In this document: in pieces, positions 56,806-64,000 of the stretch
How the letters are laid out: each line of letters opens with the position of its first letter
Numbering within the stretch: position 1 is the first letter of the stretch
NCBI GenBank assembly: GCA_965207885.1
Contig: OZ242311.1
Coordinates: 2,592,001 to 2,656,000, forward strand
DNA length: 64,000 bases
Direction of reading: 5' to 3'
DNA from: Candidatus Latescibacterota bacterium
Lineage (GTDB): Bacteria; Latescibacterota; UBA2968
Translations under genes and position numbers: made by a program
The notes under the pieces: model-generated
The model's database searches: none
Seen by the model: the letters and a program-made list of their open reading frames with translations, nothing else
What the model was told of the DNA's origin: nothing

Positions 56806-57669
56806 CTAACTCGCCATCGCCAGTATCTGGTCTTCATCAATCAGGAATTCTTTCGGTAAATCGAGGGGGTGGCCGTTTTCACATACGGGCAAATAATCCA
56901 GATATTTATTTCCAGGTCGGATCGCCCGCATCCAGGGCACATCGCGTTTGGCAATAAATGTCCCTGCCAGGCCGATGCGTTGTTTGTCTGAGCGGTTTGG
57001 TCCGCTATAGTGCAACGCATTTTGATGCCACACGAGAATATCTCCGGGTTCCATCTCACAGGCCACCGCGTCCTGTTCCGGGTTATAGCCGTGATCGCGC
57101 GGATCCACTTCCGTGAGTTTATTGCCCTGCCGCTGGTGTGCTATGCGTCCCAGTTTCTGTGAAAAAGGAATCAACTGCAAGCATCCATTCTCTTTTGTTG
57201 CCCGATCGATTGCAATCCAAAAATCAAACATCACAGGCTCGTGGGGATCATAGGGGGCCGGGGGCATGTTCCAGGCTGCAGAATCCTGATGCCAGGGAGT
57301 AACAGATCCGTGTTTGGGTGGTTTCAGAAAGAAACCACCGGCGTTTACACAAAAGTCATCCTGTAAAATAGAGCGCACCAGCCCGACGGTTCGCGGATTT
57401 GAAATCATCTTTTTCCAGAGCGTCTCATTGTGATACGCCGGACTATTCAATCGATAAAATCGGTGCAGTGGATTCCTGGCATTCGGCTGGTCCTCCTTCA
57501 CATGCCCGATCCCCAATCGCTCGTATATGTCGGCGTGTTCGGCAATAAACCGAACGCGTTCTTTGATTATGGGGATATCGTCACGGTTCAACAATCCCTG
57601 AAAGATGAAATATCCCTTGTCCAGCAATTCCCGGTTCCAATTCTTATCGCGTATCTCGTCTCTTTTCAT
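56806..57669 (-). CDS. PhyH-family dioxygenase
   Basis: PWHQD, WIAID, ENGCL, HYSGPN. Confidence 0.93.
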   Translation of the reverse strand: MKRDEIRDKNWNRELLDKGYFIFQGLLNRDDIPIIKERVRFIAEHADIYERLGIGHVKEDQPNARNPLHRFYRLNSPAYHNETLWKKMISNPRTVGLVRSILQDDFCVNAGGFFLKPPKHGSVTPWHQDSAAWNMPPAPYDPHEPVMFDFWIAIDRATKENGCLQLIPFSQKLGRIAHQRQGNKLTEVDPRDHGYNPEQDAVACEMEPGDILVWHQNALHYSGPNRSDKQRIGLAGTFIAKRDVPWMRAIRPGNKYLDYLPVCENGHPLDLPKEFLIDEDQILAMAS

Positions 57670-57692
57670 AACAGATTTCCTCTGTTAATGGC

Positions 57693-58841
57693 CTAATCCG
57701 CCAGACCATCCTGGTTTTCATCGTCTATGCCGGCATAAGGGCTTTCGACGATTGCCTCCCAGGCCACCCGACGCATAATCTTATCAACCCGTTCGGGAAT
57801 CCCTTCCGGCACGTAATCGGCGATGGTTTCCGGACTTCTTCGGTAAAGCATTCCGAAGTACATATATCCCGCCAGTTGTTCAATCCCGCTTGTTCTGGAT
57901 AGGTGACCGCCGTCTCGATAGATCCCGCGTTTGCCGGCGCGTCCCCGATTTTCATTGATGCAGTCAAATTCGGGGAGCTTTCCTTCATGGTACAACCGGA
58001 TCATCTTCATGACGGCTTCTCCCGCTGGGATCATGTGAACTTTTCCAGGGTATTTCTCTTTCAAACGGGTGTATAGCAGTTCATCGATGGTTTTTTGCAG
58101 GTATTTGTGATCGGCCTCCAGGCTGGCCATTACCTCGTCGGGCTGCTTTTCCTTGTAGGAGGGAAGATGTCGTGGCCATCCGTCCTGGATATAGAATCTC
58201 ATTTCGGGATTGTTCTCAAGGCAGAAGTCGATCCACTGTGTGTAATACTCGGGCAGGTCATCGTAATAACAGCCCCAGGTCATGACGTCCCATTCGCCAG
58301 TGGCAATCGCGGGCAGCAAAATGGGCGCAGGGGGTGTGTCTTCGTTCCATTTGCCGAATTCCTTGAGCCATATCGCATTGGCGGCGCCTGTCGATCCGCC
58401 CCCTCCGTGGACGCGCTGGCGATGGCCCGTGTATCCCGCCGCCCCGGCAATTTCAATGAGCTTGTTTCGGCCCGGTGCGACCCAGCTATGTCCTGTCATT
58501 GCGATTCGAAGTCCATTCCCTTTCTCAAAGGAGAGGGGGCGCGCCGAGTTTTTCCCCATTTCTATGAATTTGGCGAACTCGGCTTTGTCCGGTTTGTGAA
58601 TCAGGGTCTTTTGAATCCGCGCGCCAGTCCGGTTGGGTTGCGTGCTGTTCGGCCCAATTGTTTCGGCCTGATATGCGCGCCATTCCGCTGCTGTAAGGAT
58701 TCCGTCCTTATTTTTATCCGCCTTCGGGTGCTGCGCCAGAAGTCTTTTGAAGCGCGGATCCGTCTCCGATGTCCTCTGTTGCGCCAAAGCCAGTCCCATA
58801 AAACTGCAAAGGCAAAATAAAAAGATGAATTTTGTTCTCAT
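57693..58841 (-). CDS. exported protein with EF-hand-like motif and SGNH-like domain
   Basis: Signal peptide, ADKNKDGILT, TGHSW, DGGH. Confidence 0.65.
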   Translation of the reverse strand: MRTKFIFLFCLCSFMGLALAQQRTSETDPRFKRLLAQHPKADKNKDGILTAAEWRAYQAETIGPNSTQPNRTGARIQKTLIHKPDKAEFAKFIEMGKNSARPLSFEKGNGLRIAMTGHSWVAPGRNKLIEIAGAAGYTGHRQRVHGGGGSTGAANAIWLKEFGKWNEDTPPAPILLPAIATGEWDVMTWGCYYDDLPEYYTQWIDFCLENNPEMRFYIQDGWPRHLPSYKEKQPDEVMASLEADHKYLQKTIDELLYTRLKEKYPGKVHMIPAGEAVMKMIRLYHEGKLPEFDCINENRGRAGKRGIYRDGGHLSRTSGIEQLAGYMYFGMLYRRSPETIADYVPEGIPERVDKIMRRVAWEAIVESPYAGIDDENQDGLAD

Positions 58842-58911
58842 CGACTGTTCTTCCGTGTTAGGAGTGGGAAATACACCTGACAATAGGGACAGCATCACTG
58901 ATGTAGCAAGC

Positions 58912-59943
58912 TCACTGATTTTCTATGTTCTCCATAGCCTGACGGCGACGGGCAAGTTCGCGTAGATCCACAACCTCATCTGTCTCATCCACAATTTCAC
59001 GCCCAATTATCTCTTCAAGCACGTCTTCCAGGGTCACCACACCAGCCAATCCACCGTATTCATCGATCACGACAAACAGATGTTGTCTGCGCTCAAGAAA
59101 CATGCGCAACACCCGATCCAATGTTAGCGTTTCCACCACAAAGTGCGCGCTTCGCGAGAGACTTTGAATGGGAATATCTTCGCGACCTTCGGCAGCCGCC
59201 GACAAAATATCTCGACGGTACACGATCCCAACAACATCTTCAGCATCTTCATCTACTATGGGAATGCGACTATACGATGGAACACCAATTTGCAACACCT
59301 CATTTACTTTTTGCTGGGCTTGAAGCGAATAAATGACCGTGCGCGGTGTCATTATTTCCTGAACAGTTTTCTCTTTTAACAGAAGAATATTCTGAATGGC
59401 ACTGCCTTCTTCTGCATCAATGGTTCCCGCATGTCGCCCCATATTTACCAATGCTATGAGTTCCTCTGAAGATACGACATGTTCAACTTTACCATGAGAT
59501 ATTAGCCGCGTCACAAATTGGCACAGCCAGATAAGCGGTGCTTGTATCCAGATCAAAATCTGGATGGGATAGGCAATCAAGGATACAAGGTGTCGGGCAT
59601 AAACCACACCTATTGTCTTTGGAATAATCTCAGAAAATAAAAGTATCACGAGGGTAAATACCACTGAAAAATGCGGCAACCACGGCTCACCCAGAACTTC
59701 TGCCGCTGCCGCTCCAGCAAGGGCGGCACCACCTGTATGCGCAATTGTGTTAAGGGATAGAATACCCGCAATGGGCACATCCACGTTTTCTCGAAACTTT
59801 TTCAATAACCGGCCAGAAACACTGCCAGTTTTTGCCAGTGATTCGATATGCCCAATAGGAACTGAATACAATGCCGCTTCAAAAAGTGAACACATAAAAG
59901 AAAAGAAAACGGCAAAACTCGCAAAAAAGATCAATTCAAACAT
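58912..59943 (-). CDS. CNNM/hemolysin-family protein with CBS domains
   Basis: CSLFEAAL, SEIIPKT, IMTPR, YSRIPI, DEYGG. Confidence 0.93.
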   Translation of the reverse strand: MFELIFFASFAVFFSFMCSLFEAALYSVPIGHIESLAKTGSVSGRLLKKFRENVDVPIAGILSLNTIAHTGGAALAGAAAAEVLGEPWLPHFSVVFTLVILLFSEIIPKTIGVVYARHLVSLIAYPIQILIWIQAPLIWLCQFVTRLISHGKVEHVVSSEELIALVNMGRHAGTIDAEEGSAIQNILLLKEKTVQEIMTPRTVIYSLQAQQKVNEVLQIGVPSYSRIPIVDEDAEDVVGIVYRRDILSAAAEGREDIPIQSLSRSAHFVVETLTLDRVLRMFLERRQHLFVVIDEYGGLAGVVTLEDVLEEIIGREIVDETDEVVDLRELARRRQAMENIENQ

Positions 59944-60145
59944 CTGATAACTCCTCTCTGTCTAAAATGATTCAGCATCTGCCTTTTATAGTCAGATTTT
60001 TCAGAATAATCTGTAAGGTTCGAGCTGCTCTCTTAACAATATAGCTTCCGACACTGGTCATTTCCAGCGTATTCTTTCTATGCCCGAGAACATCAGAAAG
60101 GAGAGGATTCGGTCATCTGGGCCAACAAGACGCGAAGTTGAATGA

Positions 60146-62395
<2,250 letters not shown>

Positions 62396-62411
62396 TAAAG
62401 GAGAGTGCCAT

Positions 62412-62711
62412 ATGTATTTCGTAGTCTTCGCAACTCACAAAGAAGAAATGGGACAGGAACGGCTCCAATTGCAGGATGCATTTGCGGCCTACCTTCACGA
62501 TCTCACCCAACATCCCGATGTGACCGTTCATCATGGTGGGCAGACGCTCAGCGAGAGTGAACAGATCGTTACCGGCTTCGTCCTCGTGATCGAAGCTCCC
62601 TCGCTCGAGGTGGCGCAGGCATTTGTCGCTGGCAGTCCCTATGCTCAGGCGGGCACCTTCGCCGAGTCTCACATCCGCCCATGGAACTGGTTGACGGGAC
62701 GCCCTGGCTGA
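62412..62711 (+). CDS. YciI-like protein
   Basis: About 99 aa; GFVLVIEAPSLE.A..F...PY..AG.F....IRPW. Confidence 0.75.
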   Translation: MYFVVFATHKEEMGQERLQLQDAFAAYLHDLTQHPDVTVHHGGQTLSESEQIVTGFVLVIEAPSLEVAQAFVAGSPYAQAGTFAESHIRPWNWLTGRPG

Positions 62712-62786
62712 GCGCGTTGCCGCACCGCCCAAATATCTCCGGGCGTGAGGATCACAAGGTGTGCGTAGGCTGGCCAAGGAGGTATC

Positions 62787-64000
62787 ATGAGCAACCGTCA
62801 CGAGCAACGCGCTCCTGACGTTCAATACGAACCCGATGAGAGTCCTCCGGCGCTTGTGTCTCTGGGCAGCGGCCTGCAGCTGGTCGTCCTCGGCATAACG
62901 AGCATCATCTTTATCCCCACAATCGTCGTCAAAGCCAGCGGCGGAACCGATGCGTATCTGTCCTGGACCGTGTTCGGCGCGGTCGCTGTCAGTGGCATCT
63001 GCACGGCTTTGCAAGCGGTCAGGCTGAGCCGGGTCGGAGCGGGATACCTGCTCTTTATGGGCCCCGCCGGAGCCTATATCGGAGTCTGCGTCAGCGCCCT
63101 CATCGAGGGCGGTCCAGCGCTGCTCGCTACCCTGGTCGTCGCATCGTCGCTCGTCCCGATCGTGATTTCGATGCGGCTCGCCCTGTTCAGGCGGCTTCTG
63201 ACACCGACCATCGTCGGTACCGTGAACATGCTGATACCTGCGACCGTGCTGCCGGTCGTCTTCAGTCGCCTGGCCGACGCGCCGCCCGACACGGCGCTCA
63301 CTGCGCCGCTCACTGCGGTAGCGACGGGTCTGGTCATCGGAGGCATCTCTCTGAAGGCGGGGGCAACGCTGCGTTTGTGGGCACCGCTCATCGGGGTGAT
63401 TGCGGGTTCGGTTTTTGGCGGAGCGATGGGACTCTATGACCTCGACCTGGTTGCCAGGGCTCCGTGGATTGGTTTGCCACAGGGCAACTGGCCGGGTATC
63501 GGACTCGACCTCGGCCCTGCCTTTGTGGGACTTCTGCCTGCCTTCGCATTCGTGGCCCTCATCGGCGCCATCCAGACGATTACTGGTGCGGTCGCCATCC
63601 AGCGCGTGTCGTGGCGCCGCCCGCGGGCTGTGGACTATCGGGCGGTGGAGGGCGCGGTGACGGCGGACGGTATCGGCAAACTGCTATCGGGTATCACGGG
63701 GATCGTGCCGACTCAGACCATCGGAGTCAGCGTCCCGACGGTAGAGCTTACGGGGGTCGCGGCCCGCCGCGTGGGAATCGTTGCCGCCGGCGTGCTGATC
63801 GTGCTGGCGTTCCTGCCCAAGGTACTTGCCATGATACTGGCGATACCCAGCCCGGTCGTCGTCGCCTATCTGACCGTCGTGCTGGCGCTGACTTTTGTCC
63901 GTGGGATGACGGAGGTGGTACAGGACGGGATTGATCATCGCAAGGCACTGATTACCGGTGTCGCCTTCTGGGTTGGTGTCGGCTGTCAGAACGATCTCTT
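62787..64000 (+). CDS. NCS2 (xanthine/uracil permease-like) transporter, partial
   Basis: Manual translation MSNRHEQRAPDVQYEPDESPP..LGSGLQ; TPTIVGTV, ADGIG, PKV..ILAIP.PV; AGGAGGT RBS. Confidence 0.85.
   Translation, partial: MSNRHEQRAPDVQYEPDESPPALVSLGSGLQLVVLGITSIIFIPTIVVKASGGTDAYLSWTVFGAVAVSGICTALQAVRLSRVGAGYLLFMGPAGAYIGVCVSALIEGGPALLATLVVASSLVPIVISMRLALFRRLLTPTIVGTVNMLIPATVLPVVFSRLADAPPDTALTAPLTAVATGLVIGGISLKAGATLRLWAPLIGVIAGSVFGGAMGLYDLDLVARAPWIGLPQGNWPGIGLDLGPAFVGLLPAFAFVALIGAIQTITGAVAIQRVSWRRPRAVDYRAVEGAVTADGIGKLLSGITGIVPTQTIGVSVPTVELTGVAARRVGIVAAGVLIVLAFLPKVLAMILAIPSPVVVAYLTVVLALTFVRGMTEVVQDGIDHRKALITGVAFWVGVGCQNDL

Overview
Bacterial accessory region with about 51 genes on the minus strand and only 3 on the plus strand between 1 and 59943 (excluding IS genes), followed by katG, a YciI gene and a partial NCS2 permease on the plus strand. 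Cargo is dominated by small modifying enzymes (SAM methyltransferases, GNATs, nucleotidyltransferases, NUDIX, 2H phosphoesterase, MFS), five PhyH-type dioxygenases and five sulfatases. Four non-obvious features stand out. (1) Many intergenic spacers carry whole, half or collapsed attC-like sites, all oriented with the minus-strand genes, and two genes have mutually complementary cassette ends, suggesting an eroded integron cassette array (no intI in the window). (2) Many spacers are built from diverged scraps of genes found intact elsewhere in the window; between 25 and 41 kb these scraps recur in the same order about three times with different cargo between them. (3) A 5'-truncated tRNA-like gene at 20227-20323 has allo-tRNA/tRNA-Sec-like architecture and an 8-nt anticodon loop. 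(4) A passenger-carrying IS1-family element (8-bp target duplication) and an IS5-family element each split a gene that can be rebuilt in frame. All calls come from manual reading and motif recognition; no database searches were run.
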